Below are positions 28,836 to 38,705 of a DNA stretch of 64,000 nt, piece by piece (the stretch's first letter is position 1; each line of letters begins with the position of its first letter). The stretch is taken from NCBI GenBank assembly GCA_965140785.1, contig OZ223481.1, positions 544,001-608,000 of the forward strand. The letters run 5' to 3'. A model generated the notes under the pieces. The model did no database searches. It was not told the origin of the DNA and saw only the letters and a program-made list of their open reading frames with translations. The translations under genes and the position numbers were made by a program. The DNA is from an uncultured Ruficoccus sp. GTDB lineage: Bacteria; Verrucomicrobiota; Verrucomicrobiia; Opitutales; Cerasicoccaceae.

Positions 28836-29861
28836 ATGGACAAGATGAAGATCGGTTTTGTAGGTAGCGGCTTTATTGCAGACTGGCACTATCGTGCTTT
28901 TTCCACGCAGGCGGGTGTGGAGGTCTGTGGGATTTGTCAGGATTTGTCAGGTGATTCCGAGCGCATCGCTTCGCAGAAGAAAAGGCTGCATGAAAAAGCC
29001 AGGGAATTATCGATCCCGGCCTACGAGAGTTTTGCCGACATGATCGCGGATAGGGAAATAGATGCGCTGATGATCGGTAGCATTAATCCGTTACACAACG
29101 CGCAAATTATCGCCGCACTTGAAGCTGGTAAGCATGTCCTGGTAGAGAAGCCGGTCGTCACGGATATTGCGCAGCTTGATGCCATTGTCGAGCTTAGCCG
29201 CAAGACAGGGAAAGTCGTTTTCCCCGCACACAATTTTGTCTACCGCGAAGCTGTACAGCGGGCCAAGGCGGTACTGGATAGCGGGCAACTTGGCCGGATC
29301 ATCTTCTCCTCATTTGTGGTGACGCACACGATCAGCGACACACACGCCAATGGCTGGCGTGCCAAGCGCGAATTGGGGACGGGGGGCACGCTCATGGACA
29401 GTGGCCACCACCTGGTTTACCAGATGCGCTACCTACTCGGACGTCCACAGTGTGTCTCGGCATACACGGCAAAGATGGTGCGCACGCAGATGGACTGCGA
29501 GGATCTCGCCCAAGTCGGCGTGCAGTATGCGGACGGCTCGGTTTGCACCGTACTGCAATCGATCGCCAGTGCCCATGGCGAAGGCGTCGATGGTATCCGT
29601 ATCGTGGGCGAAAAAGGCAATTTGCTCATCACCGACACGCTCTATGTCAACGGTGAGCGCATAGAGGCAGCCGTCGATTATCAAGCTACCTTTGATGGCC
29701 TCGCGGTGGCTTTTCTCGACGCTGTGCGGGAGGGCAAGGCTCCGGCCTCCTCCCTCGAAGATGTGCGAGATACGCTGGAGATTATTTACGCCTCCTACCG
29801 TAGCGCCGAGGAAGGGAAAACCGTCAGGCTGAATACAATCAATGTATCATCTGCCGTCTGA
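28836..29861 (+). CDS. Gfo/Idh/MocA oxidoreductase
   Basis: GSGFIA, GKHVLVEKP, GGTLMDSGHH. Confidence 0.92.
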   Translation: MDKMKIGFVGSGFIADWHYRAFSTQAGVEVCGICQDLSGDSERIASQKKRLHEKARELSIPAYESFADMIADREIDALMIGSINPLHNAQIIAALEAGKHVLVEKPVVTDIAQLDAIVELSRKTGKVVFPAHNFVYREAVQRAKAVLDSGQLGRIIFSSFVVTHTISDTHANGWRAKRELGTGGTLMDSGHHLVYQMRYLLGRPQCVSAYTAKMVRTQMDCEDLAQVGVQYADGSVCTVLQSIASAHGEGVDGIRIVGEKGNLLITDTLYVNGERIEAAVDYQATFDGLAVAFLDAVREGKAPASSLEDVRDTLEIIYASYRSAEEGKTVRLNTINVSSAV

Positions 29862-30642
29862 ACTCCGACGGGGAAATCCCGCGTGAGCGCCGGTAGGCGC
29901 GGCTAAATGAGTGCAGATCATCGTACCCGACAGCTTTCGCAATCTCCGTACAATTATGAACCGTGTGCAGCAACAACTCTTCGGCCTTATCCAGTCGCAG
30001 GAGGGTGAAATACTCCATCGGTGAGTAGCCGGTCGTCTGTCTGAAAAGCCGACAGAGATAGTTGGGCGAAAGGTGAGCCGCGCGGCTGACGTCGCGCAGC
30101 GTGACGGCGGGCCGTGCGAGGTTGTCCTGAAAATACGCCAAAGTATCCTCGATGTTTTTCCAAGCCAGGATCGGTGCATGGGTGGGGGCCGGATTCAACT
30201 CACCCCAGCGCAGGTAAGCGCCCAGTAGCTGGGCCAACAGCCCGCCCGCGACCATATTAGCGTAAGGCGGGTTACTTTGCCACTCCTGGTGAATGCGTTT
30301 GAAGCTGCGGAGGTTTTCAGCCTGCCGGGAAGCCGGAGGCGTGACGACAAGGGGGAGAACTCTCGGTAAGGCATCCCTGTGAAGCTGAAAATGAATGACA
30401 TATTGGGCGCGACGATCTCCCCCGAGCTGACGGACAACATGAAGTAGGCGCGGCGGAAGCAGCACCATATCCCCGGAGTTGACTTGATAGTCGCGGCCCT
30501 CCATCTGGAACGACCAGATCCCGTCGAGAATCAAGTGCACTACCCATGTCTCGTCTTTGAAGGAACCCAAAACGGTCGGACCTTCATTGATTCTGACAAA
30601 GGTCGTGGTTGGCAGTCGACTGGTCACGGGAAGCAAGGTCAA
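29839..30642 (-). CDS. AraC-family regulator
   Basis: Cupin domain plus IAKAVGYDDLHSFSRAY HTH. Confidence 0.9.
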   Translation of the reverse strand: MTLLPVTSRLPTTTFVRINEGPTVLGSFKDETWVVHLILDGIWSFQMEGRDYQVNSGDMVLLPPRLLHVVRQLGGDRRAQYVIHFQLHRDALPRVLPLVVTPPASRQAENLRSFKRIHQEWQSNPPYANMVAGGLLAQLLGAYLRWGELNPAPTHAPILAWKNIEDTLAYFQDNLARPAVTLRDVSRAAHLSPNYLCRLFRQTTGYSPMEYFTLLRLDKAEELLLHTVHNCTEIAKAVGYDDLHSFSRAYRRSRGISPSEFRRQMIH

Positions 30643-30921
30643 TGTTTGTTTTATGTGTTGATTGACTGCAACTTACAGTTATATTATAATGATGTGTTGA
30701 GCACGCAAGTCCAGCTGCTTTTGGCCATAATTTACGATTGATGAACCGGAAAAAAGCAGACTGTCATCAAGTATTTCTTGGATGTAAACCACACATTGAA
30801 ACAGCAGTCTGAATCGACAGGTAAAAGCTCCGTTTGTACAATCAGCAACGGCGCGTGTTGGCCACCGAACTCAAGACAGCTATGAGTGACATGCAGCCAA
30901 AAAATCTACCAAGGAGGCCGC

Positions 30922-32060
30922 ATGAAGCTGAAATTCAAGATACAGCCGTACCAGACAAATGCCGTCGAGGCGGTCGCTGATTGCTTTCTGGGGCAGCCAA
31001 AGAGCGAGGGTATTTCCTATCGCATCGACCCGCGCCGGGGCGATCAGAGCGCACAGGGTACGCTGGATTACGCGGAGGCTGGCTTCCGTACGGTTTATCT
31101 TCTCCCACTCCGCATTGTGCGAGGGATGGGATAATCCAAATGTCTTCGTTATTTGTACGCTCAAGCACAGTGATAACACGATATCACGACGGCAGGAGGT
31201 TGGACGGGGGCTGCGGCTATGCGTGAACCAGCAAGGGGACCGCATCGACAACCCGGCCATTGTGCATGATATCAACGTGCTGACAGTCGTTGCGAACGAA
31301 AGCTACAAAGACTTCGTCACCGGATTACAGAAGGATATCAGCGCAACACTGACCGCACGGCCCCGGGTGGCCGACGAGAAATTCTTCACCGGGAAGGTGT
31401 TGAAGACCGCCGATGGAATTGAGCATGAGGTAACTCCTCAGATGGCGAAGTCCCTGTACCGCTACCTGCTGAAAAATGACTTCACCGACGATGAGGACCA
31501 CATCACGCCTGCCTACCATGAGGCCAAGCGCAGCGAGACGCTCCCGGAACTTCCTGAGGACTTAAAGCCATTTACTGATCAGGTCTTCCAACTCGTTGAC
31601 AGCGTTTACAGTGATGCGCAGCTTCCCGAAATCGGCGATAGCCGCAAGAAGCAGCCATTGGCCCCGAATGCGAACTTTGAGAAGAGGGAGTTCAAGGAGC
31701 TCTGGAGCCGAATCAACCGGCAAGCCGCCTACAGTGTTCATTTTGAAAGCGAGGAGCTGGTGACAAAGTGTGTGGATTGTCTCAACGATAAGCTCCGGGT
31801 GACGCCGCTACAGTATTATATCCAGCGTGGTGAACAGCGCGTCGAAGCGACCTATGATGACATCCAATCGGGCGAGGCCTTTGAGGTCCGTGAGACGACA
31901 ACCGGGGAGATTATCGCAACCGCCAGTTCGGCGGTGAAATACGATTTGGGTGGTAACCTGGCCGAATCGACTCAGTTGCGCCGAATTACCGTCGTTGAGA
32001 TACTGAAGAGACTCAATGTGGCCGTCTTTGGGCAATTTAAGCGTAATCCGGAAGATTTCT
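30922..32060 (+). pseudogene. Type III restriction Res subunit, internally deleted and truncated
   Basis: [11 protein letters not shown] start joins at about 31088 to [27 protein letters not shown]; helicase core and nuclease tail missing. Confidence 0.85.
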
Positions 32061-32199
32061 CTCCCGGTGACACTCGCTCACTCGATTCAGTCAAAATCCA
32101 AATGTCGGCATCAACAACTTCCAGTTTCTTAGCGATCCCATCGAGCTTAACGTCTTGTCCCTGTTTCGGACGTTCAAGGTTCCAAATTGCGATGCGCAT
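32058..32199 (-). pseudogene. N-terminal fragment of an endonuclease/exonuclease/phosphatase protein
   Basis: [17 protein letters not shown], then joins the Res remnant. Confidence 0.6.
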
Positions 32200-32327
32200 G
32201 GTCTACAATAATTGAAAATATCCATTCGCCTTATCGGCCATAAGCTTGCGCCTTTGTTCAAGGAAATATCCATAATCATTCAAGGCTTTATCATCGCCGA
32301 GTCTGATTACATCTGAATAAGCGCACG

Positions 32328-33485
32328 CTACATTAAGCTGGGAATCCGCTTAACTGCTTCCCGCTGGCCCTTGTCATCCATATGCACATAGCGGCGGTGG
32401 ATGTCGTCGCTGGAGTGGCCGCTCATCGCCATGCGGACATCTGCTGATACCCCGGCGTTGGCGAGGTTGGAGATCATGGAATGGCGCAAGCTATGGAAGC
32501 CCAGTTTGCGGAAGGTGCGTCCCTTGCCCTTGGCATTTCGCCCCAGCTCGATCGGTATCCGGGCTTGTTCCATCAGTTCCTTGAACTGGTTACTCAGGCC
32601 TCCGGCAGAGCCGGACTTCTTTCCGGTCAGGGTGGGGAAGAGGGGCGCTTTGCCGACACCTTGCGGACGTGCCTTGAGCCAGTTGAGAATATCCGGGTGC
32701 AGAACGACCGTCGTTGTCGGGTTCGCTACGCGCTTACGGCCCGCAGTTTTTTGTTCAAGAAAGGTGACGGTACCAGCGTCGAGGTCGATGTTTTCCCATC
32801 GCAGGTTGGCGGCATCATTCAGGCGGATACCGGCGTGATAACCGAGGAAGATCATGCCGCACCATTCTTCATCGGCTACGGCGAGGAGAGATTTTACCTG
32901 TTCTACGGTAAAGGGCAGGCGTTCTTCGGAAACGCCTTTGAGGGGTTCGACGGCTTGGGCGGGATTGGTGAGGGCCAAGCCTTTGCGGTGAGCGGAGCCG
33001 AGTACGCTGGAGATGACCTTGAGCCCGAAGTCGCAAGTCGAGGCACTTTTGCCGCTCGCGTATTCAGCATCTCTATACCGCTCCACTTCGGTGGGGGTGA
33101 TGCTGCCGATCGAGCCTTTGAGGCGTGCGTCGGGCAGGCTGGCGAGAAAGGCGGCGATGACCGGGCGATAGCGGGCAAGGGTTCCCGGGGCGGTCCCGAT
33201 TTTCTCTTTTTGAGTCAGGTAATCGCGGAAGTACTCCTCAATCGAGGCGACCTGAAGTTTCTCGCCAGTGGAGCGCTCCATCATCTCACCGAGGTTCTTC
33301 AGGATAACCGCCTGGGTGAGTTCACCGGCCCGGGCTTTATGTGCCATGCGCTCCGTTTCATTAGCCAAAGCGAGTGCCTTCTTGTGGTTGGTCTGCTTAG
33401 TCGAACGCATGACCACGCGCCCGTCTTCGGCGCGGTACTTCATCATCCAGTAGGGGGAGTTGGCTTTTCGGCTGACGCTGGCCAC
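32328..33485 (-). CDS. Tyrosine integrase (second, distinct type)
   Basis: AGIRLND, FHSLRH, SGH, RYVH. Confidence 0.93.
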   Translation of the reverse strand: MASVSRKANSPYWMMKYRAEDGRVVMRSTKQTNHKKALALANETERMAHKARAGELTQAVILKNLGEMMERSTGEKLQVASIEEYFRDYLTQKEKIGTAPGTLARYRPVIAAFLASLPDARLKGSIGSITPTEVERYRDAEYASGKSASTCDFGLKVISSVLGSAHRKGLALTNPAQAVEPLKGVSEERLPFTVEQVKSLLAVADEEWCGMIFLGYHAGIRLNDAANLRWENIDLDAGTVTFLEQKTAGRKRVANPTTTVVLHPDILNWLKARPQGVGKAPLFPTLTGKKSGSAGGLSNQFKELMEQARIPIELGRNAKGKGRTFRKLGFHSLRHSMISNLANAGVSADVRMAMSGHSSDDIHRRYVHMDDKGQREAVKRIPSLM

Positions 33486-33504
33486 GGCGACGTAAGTCCT
33501 TGGT

Positions 33505-33527
33505 AAAGTTCTACCAAAAGTTCTACC
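33505..33527. repeat. Tandem AAAGTTCTACC repeats, candidate arm sites of integrase 2
   Basis: Two 11-bp copies between the integrase start and att copy 3. Confidence 0.55.
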
Positions 33528-33612
33528 GTTTGGTTGCGTTTGTCAATGTTTATGGATGTGTAACTTTCTGATATGCAACAAATATGGACATCGACGAACG
33601 TAGAAAACAGAC

Positions 33613-33644
33613 ACCGCGGTTCTATCCATTGAACTATGGGGACA
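33613..33644. repeat. att site, copy 3 (tRNA-Arg 5' fragment)
   Basis: ACCGCGGTTCTATCCATTGAACTATGGGGACA; one mismatch to copy 1. Confidence 0.85.
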
Positions 33645-33733
33645 AACTGTTTGTATAAAACAACTTAAAGGCTTGTTGGCTTTGCGGGAAAATTGACTTT
33701 TCGCCGCATTTTGTAACCCTTTAAATTCAAGGC

Positions 33734-34071
33734 ATGCCAAAGACGAAGCCAGCCGACGCAGGAAGCGGCCAGTTCGTGAAGGTTGCTGAGAATCTATATC
33801 GCTATCAGCCATCAGGGGGTTACTATGCTTTGCTCAAACGGGGCGGCAAGCAAATCCGCCGTTCGCTCAAGACTCAGGAGCGCAAGCTGGCCGAGCGCCG
33901 TCTGGCCGATCTACGCGAAAAGGTGGACCGCATCGACACCAGCAAGGGCAAGACCAAGATTGAGTTTATGGAGGCCGCCCAGCTTTGGCTCGACTCCATG
34001 CAGCCGCCCCTCAAGCCCTGTTCGTTCCTCAGGCGGCAAACGAGTATCAAGCAACTCAAGCGGCATTTTGG
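33734..34071 (+). pseudogene. Truncated near-identical copy of integrase 3596-4672
   Basis: Same first ~113 aa with few substitutions, then breaks off. Confidence 0.92.
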
Positions 34072-34485
34072 GCCTTCAACATCTCATAATTCTGCAAGGC
34101 CTTCCAACGTTTCTCCACCGGGTCGAAGGTCGCGTTCATGATCACGCAGTGCGTGTGCAGGTGCGGATCGAGCGCCCGGCTCGTCTCGTGGCGGAAGGTC
34201 GCGCCGATCACATTGCTGGTTTCGCGGTCGTCACTGCGCCCCAATTTGCGTACGCGAGTCATGGCGAAAGTCTCCAATTCGCGCATCGCTTTTTGCACGG
34301 CTTCGTCGTGAATTTTGATCAGCCGTTTGTCTTCGAAAAGCGCCATCAGCGAGACGCTCTTGGGCGGGTTGATCGTGAAGTCGTAGAAGATTCTCCGGTT
34401 CGCCACCTCCCGATCCCCGACCTGTCGGGTGGTGTTTTTACGCTGCGTCAGGCGCATTCCCGTAGCCGGATTATTACCTTCACAC
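34066..34485 (-). pseudogene. MobF/TrwC relaxase fragment
   Basis: YDFTINPPKSVS and FRHETSRALDPHLHTH. Confidence 0.88.
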
Positions 34486-34580
34486 ACCTGCCTACGCAAA
34501 CTGTACCGCGTTGAGAGTTAGCTTGGGGGGGTAATGATGTGATTTAGGGTTAGGTTGTATAGGGAGTCAAGGCTTGGGCG
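34486..34580. mobile_element. IS3 terminal remnant related to the IS at 12526
   Basis: Near match to about 12528-12622; lacks the terminal TG. Confidence 0.85.
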
Positions 34581-34731
34581 GGCGGACTTCCTCGGACTCA
34601 ACAACTACGCCTCGCGGGGACCGGCCCCGGCGTGCCCAAGGAATCCTTCTGCGCCTGTCGCAAGATTATCCAGGGCGGGGTGAAGTAACCGTGTGCTGTA
34701 TCCAAAATTTAATGACAGGGAGTGTCGTCCG

Positions 34732-36210
34732 CTACCAGGGAAAGGGGTAGGTGCGGACATAACTCTCCCGTCCGAACTCCTCGCTGGCCCACAGGAAGTC
34801 CCCGCACTCGACGACCTTGTCGTGATGCCCGGCGTGGATTAGCGGGATCATCTCACGGCAGAGGGCTTGTTCGCATTCGAGGAAAAGCTGGTGGCAGGCC
34901 GGATCGTGGATGCGGTTGCGCTGCTCCTGTGGGTCTTCCTTCAGGTTGAAGAGGGTGATCTCACCGGTGGCGTATTTGGCATATTTCCACTCACCGCTCA
35001 GGTACATGCACGCGTCGGAAAGCGCGCCGAGGATGAAGGAGCGGGGTGGGGTGGTGGGACGGTTCACGCCGCTGTAGGGCAGGCCCGGCAGCGGGATACT
35101 GTCCAGCTCGGGGGGGAGCTCGGCCCCCGCATAGGTGAGGAGGGTTGCGGTCACATCGGTCAGGGTGACGAGTTCGTCGCAGACGCGCTGCCGGGGCTCA
35201 AGCGGGTCACGCACGAGCAGCGGGATGTGGCAGCTTCCCTCATAGTAGCTACCCTTGCCGGCCATGTCATGATCGCCGACATAGTCGCCGTGATCGCTGG
35301 TGAAAATGATCAGCGTGTTGTCGAGTTGGCCGGCGGCCTCCAGTGCGTCGAGAATCGCCCCCACCTCGCGGTCGATCTGCTGAACGAGCCCGGCGTAGTG
35401 CTGGCGGACGCGCCGCTTCTGCTCCGGGGTCCAGCCGTCGAGCTCCACCCCGTTCCACGCCTTGCGGTTGCCCGCGTGATTGTTCGCTTTGAGTTGCGGG
35501 CAGTCGTCGGGAACGCTCGGTGCCGGGTCGGGGATGAGCGCGGGGTCGATGTCGGCGGTGAATTCCTCGTTGGGGTCGTAGGGGCAGTGTGGGCCGGTGA
35601 ATCCGACCATCATGGCGAAAGGCGTTTCAGCTCCGTAGCGTTGGAGGTAGTCCACGGCTTCGGAACCGACGAAGTGATCCCAGGAGAGCTCCCACGGGTT
35701 GCGGCTGATGACCGCGCCCTTGTTTTCGAGATAGCCGTCGTGTTCGAGCCCGGTGTATTTGCGGGTGCCGTGCCCGCGCAGGTAGCGGTAGTAGTTGTCA
35801 CGGATGTGCGGCCAGCGCTTGTCCTCGGTGACGGAGCGGTAGTCGAAGCCCATCCGCTCGGTCCAGGGGTAGAAGTGCATCTTGCCGATACCGGCGGTGC
35901 TGTAGCCGAGTTGGCCGAGGCGTTCGGGCCAGGTTTTAATGCCCTGCCGCTGGTAGTCGGGACGTATCCACTGGCCGTTGGTCAGGATGCCGGTGCGCAG
36001 CCCGTGCATGCCGGTGATGAGCGAGGCGCGGGCGGGCACACATAAAGGATGGATCGAATAGGCCCGGGTGTAACGGGTGCTTTGCCCGGCCAGCCGGTCG
36101 ATATTGGGGGTGTGGATAAAGTCCGCTCCGGCGTATCCGAGGAAGTCCCACCGAAGCTGGTCGGCCATCATAAAGAGGATATTCGGGCGCGTGGTTTGCT
36201 CGCTGTTCAT
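34732..36210 (-). CDS. Sulfatase (Cys-type)
   Basis: PNILF, CVPARAS, GKMH, SDHG. Confidence 0.92.
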   Translation of the reverse strand: MNSEQTTRPNILFMMADQLRWDFLGYAGADFIHTPNIDRLAGQSTRYTRAYSIHPLCVPARASLITGMHGLRTGILTNGQWIRPDYQRQGIKTWPERLGQLGYSTAGIGKMHFYPWTERMGFDYRSVTEDKRWPHIRDNYYRYLRGHGTRKYTGLEHDGYLENKGAVISRNPWELSWDHFVGSEAVDYLQRYGAETPFAMMVGFTGPHCPYDPNEEFTADIDPALIPDPAPSVPDDCPQLKANNHAGNRKAWNGVELDGWTPEQKRRVRQHYAGLVQQIDREVGAILDALEAAGQLDNTLIIFTSDHGDYVGDHDMAGKGSYYEGSCHIPLLVRDPLEPRQRVCDELVTLTDVTATLLTYAGAELPPELDSIPLPGLPYSGVNRPTTPPRSFILGALSDACMYLSGEWKYAKYATGEITLFNLKEDPQEQRNRIHDPACHQLFLECEQALCREMIPLIHAGHHDKVVECGDFLWASEEFGRESYVRTYPFPW

Positions 36211-36314
36211 GATAAAAATGTATAAGAATCCCTCGCCGCACCCGCATCAGAGCGCAGCCTGAAAAACCCGGAGAATGTGTTGGGCGGAAGCTTGGGGCGG
36301 TCGGGCTTGAGCGC

Positions 36315-36343
36315 CACCACCGCGCGATTTACGCGCGGTGGTG
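36315..36343. terminator. 12-bp stem-loop between the PEP-CTERM and sulfatase genes
   Basis: CACCACCGCGCG-ATTTA-CGCGCGGTGGTG. Confidence 0.5.
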
Positions 36344-36373
36344 CCTTTTCAACCCGGACCCCTCGTCCGGGAT

Positions 36374-37231
36374 TTAAGCGTGTGTGCGGCGGCGGACGGC
36401 CAGGCTCAGCAACAGGGCGAGCGCGGCCAGGAGCGCGGCGGATTCGGAGGGCTCGGGGACCGACGTGTAGGTCTCCAAGTTGTCGATGAGGAAGTCCGCT
36501 CCCGTGGCGGTGCTGAAAGTGTTGACGCCGAAGCGTCCGAGCTCGAGCGACGGGGTCGTGAAGCCAATCGAGGCACCCACCAGCGTGTCGTCAATGTAGA
36601 GGTCGAAGGTCTTGGAGGCCACGCTGGTTTCACCGCTGCCGTCGAGCGCCGTGTAGGTAAAGGCGGAGTCGCCCCCGTTGGCCACAATCTCCATCGAGTG
36701 GGCGTCGGTCGGATCGGTGAGCGTCTTGCTGCCCCCGGACCAGGTTAGTGAGCCGTTGTATTTCAGGTTAATCGCGAGGGTCTGATTCGACGGGCTGCCG
36801 AAGGTCGTATTGTCGGCCGAGGTCAGCACAATGACGCCGAAGGAGCCGGTGCTCTCCGTGTCAACGGTGACGAAGCTGAAGTTGAAACTGACATAGCCGA
36901 CGTCGTAATTCTGGCTGGCGTCGCCGAAATTCAGCCCGGCGCGGGAGGTGGAGGAGTTGGAGTTGTCGTAGAAATACAGGCCCTTGCCGCTGCCGGCGGT
37001 ATTGGGCGGCAGGACGATGCCGGAGTCGCTGGCGGTCCCGCCGGTCTGGTCGGTGATCAGCTCATTCGCACCCGAGCTGGAGTTGTTGCCGAGCTTGTAC
37101 CAGTCACCGCCCGGCTGTTGGCCGAAGGTGTAGCTTTCGAAGTCGTCGGAGGCCAGCGGTGTCCACTGCGCCTGGCTGAGGGCGGCGAGGGTGAGCGATG
37201 ACAAGGCGAGGATAAGGGTTTTTTTGTGCAT
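36374..37231 (-). CDS. PEP-CTERM protein
   Basis: Signal peptide; VPEPS-TM-RRR. Confidence 0.9.
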   Translation of the reverse strand: MHKKTLILALSSLTLAALSQAQWTPLASDDFESYTFGQQPGGDWYKLGNNSSSGANELITDQTGGTASDSGIVLPPNTAGSGKGLYFYDNSNSSTSRAGLNFGDASQNYDVGYVSFNFSFVTVDTESTGSFGVIVLTSADNTTFGSPSNQTLAINLKYNGSLTWSGGSKTLTDPTDAHSMEIVANGGDSAFTYTALDGSGETSVASKTFDLYIDDTLVGASIGFTTPSLELGRFGVNTFSTATGADFLIDNLETYTSVPEPSESAALLAALALLLSLAVRRRTHA

Positions 37232-37338
37232 GATTCGATTCGGGTTTGAGGGGTTTTTGGGATTTTTGCTCCGTACCGCCGGGCGGCACGCTGAGAAAAA
37301 TACGCCTCCCGGTCACCCCCTGTCTATACCCCTGGGGC

Positions 37339-37352
37339 TTCATACATATGAA
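37339..37352. promoter_or_regulatory. Candidate LacI operator
   Basis: TTCATACATATGAA; one mismatch to the 38619 palindrome. Confidence 0.65.
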
Positions 37353-37438
37353 TTACGCTTGTCTTTGCTCATGCCGGGCTTAGGCTTAAAAGCTGTTGAG
37401 CCGCCTATTGCGTTGCCTCCGACTCCCTGCTCGTCGTT

Positions 37439-38533
37439 TTGAAACCGATCATTACCCAGAAAGACATCGCCCAGGAAACCGGGCTCGACCAGTCCACCGT
37501 GAGTCTCGCCCTGCGGGACGATCCCCGCGTGAGCAGCCGCACCCGCAAGCGGGTACTCGCGACGGCGCGGAAGCTGGGCTACCGCAAGGACCCGATGCTG
37601 ACCGCGCTGGCCTCCTATCGCGGCGACCGTCAGCAGAAAACCTACCACGGCACCCTGGCCTGGCTGAACGATCCGGAGGTGTACAAGCTCGATTACTACG
37701 AGGACTCGGTCTATTACCATTATCGCGCAGGGGCGCAGGCGCAGGCGCTTCAGCACGGCTACAAGCTGGAAATATTCGAGGTGGAGATGGAGGCCCCGAA
37801 CCAGCGGCGGCTCTCGGAAATCCTCTACCACCGCGGGATCGAGGGCATCATCCTGCCGCCGCTCCGTCATGCCGGTCCGGCGCTGAAGCTCGAGTGGGAG
37901 CATTTCGCCGTGGTGACTTTCGGCTGGACGGTGATGGAGCCGCACTTTCACTGCGTCAGTCCCAACCACTATTATAACGGCACCGAAACTGTGCGGAATT
38001 TTCGTGCGCTGGGCTATCAGCGTATCGGCGCCGTGCTCTTCATGCCGCCGAAGGATGTGGGCAAGTGGCATTATCACCTCTGGGCCCAGGGCGTGGAGAC
38101 GAGCGTTTTCACCACTGGAGGCCCCGGGGCGGTCCCGACTCTGCGCTTGACCTCCTGTGAGCGTGATCAGGCTGAAGTCTTTCAGGCCTGGTACCGTAAA
38201 TACCGCCCGGATGCGATCGCCATGATGATGGAGTGCTCGGACTTCGTGGAGGACAGCCTGAAAGAGATCGGCATCCAGGCCCCCCGCGATGTGGGCCTGG
38301 CCTGCTTCGTTTACAGGAGTCAACAGAAGCACCTGGCCGGGGTTCGGGAGAACTCCCCTTACATCGGCAAGGCGGCCGTGGACATGCTCGTGGGCACCAT
38401 CCGGCGACGCGAGTTCGGTGCGCCGCCCGTGCGCCGAATGCTGCAAATCGATGGCTCCTGGGAGCCCGGCAAGAGCGTTCGTAAACAAACCGGCCGCGCT
38501 GCGTCGACGCGGAAGAAAGCCCACCGCGGATGA
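37439..38533 (+). CDS. LacI-family regulator
   Basis: TQKDIAQETGLDQSTVSLAL. Confidence 0.92.
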   Translation: MKPIITQKDIAQETGLDQSTVSLALRDDPRVSSRTRKRVLATARKLGYRKDPMLTALASYRGDRQQKTYHGTLAWLNDPEVYKLDYYEDSVYYHYRAGAQAQALQHGYKLEIFEVEMEAPNQRRLSEILYHRGIEGIILPPLRHAGPALKLEWEHFAVVTFGWTVMEPHFHCVSPNHYYNGTETVRNFRALGYQRIGAVLFMPPKDVGKWHYHLWAQGVETSVFTTGGPGAVPTLRLTSCERDQAEVFQAWYRKYRPDAIAMMMECSDFVEDSLKEIGIQAPRDVGLACFVYRSQQKHLAGVRENSPYIGKAAVDMLVGTIRRREFGAPPVRRMLQIDGSWEPGKSVRKQTGRAASTRKKAHRG

Positions 38534-38618
38534 ACGATGCCGTTCTGGCAGAGGATCGCGTCGGTGAAGGCCTGGCCATTACGGGTTGCGGTTCGTGTGG
38601 GGATGCAATCTGCCTCGG

Positions 38619-38634
38619 TTTCATACGTATGAAA
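38619..38634. promoter_or_regulatory. Candidate LacI operator
   Basis: Perfect palindrome TTTCATACGTATGAAA with central CG. Confidence 0.7.
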
Positions 38635-38705
38635 TGCCCCTCCGGTTGAAGTTTTATTTGGGCTCTGGTTATAGTTAGCCGATCAATAGGACCACGCCTG
38701 CCGGG

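Larger units (their letters stand above)
12467..33644. mobile_element. Island 2: glycan-utilisation cargo island with integrase at the right end
   Basis: Bounded by 32-bp tRNA-derived direct repeats with 1 mismatch; integrase 32328-33485 next to the right repeat. Confidence 0.65.
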
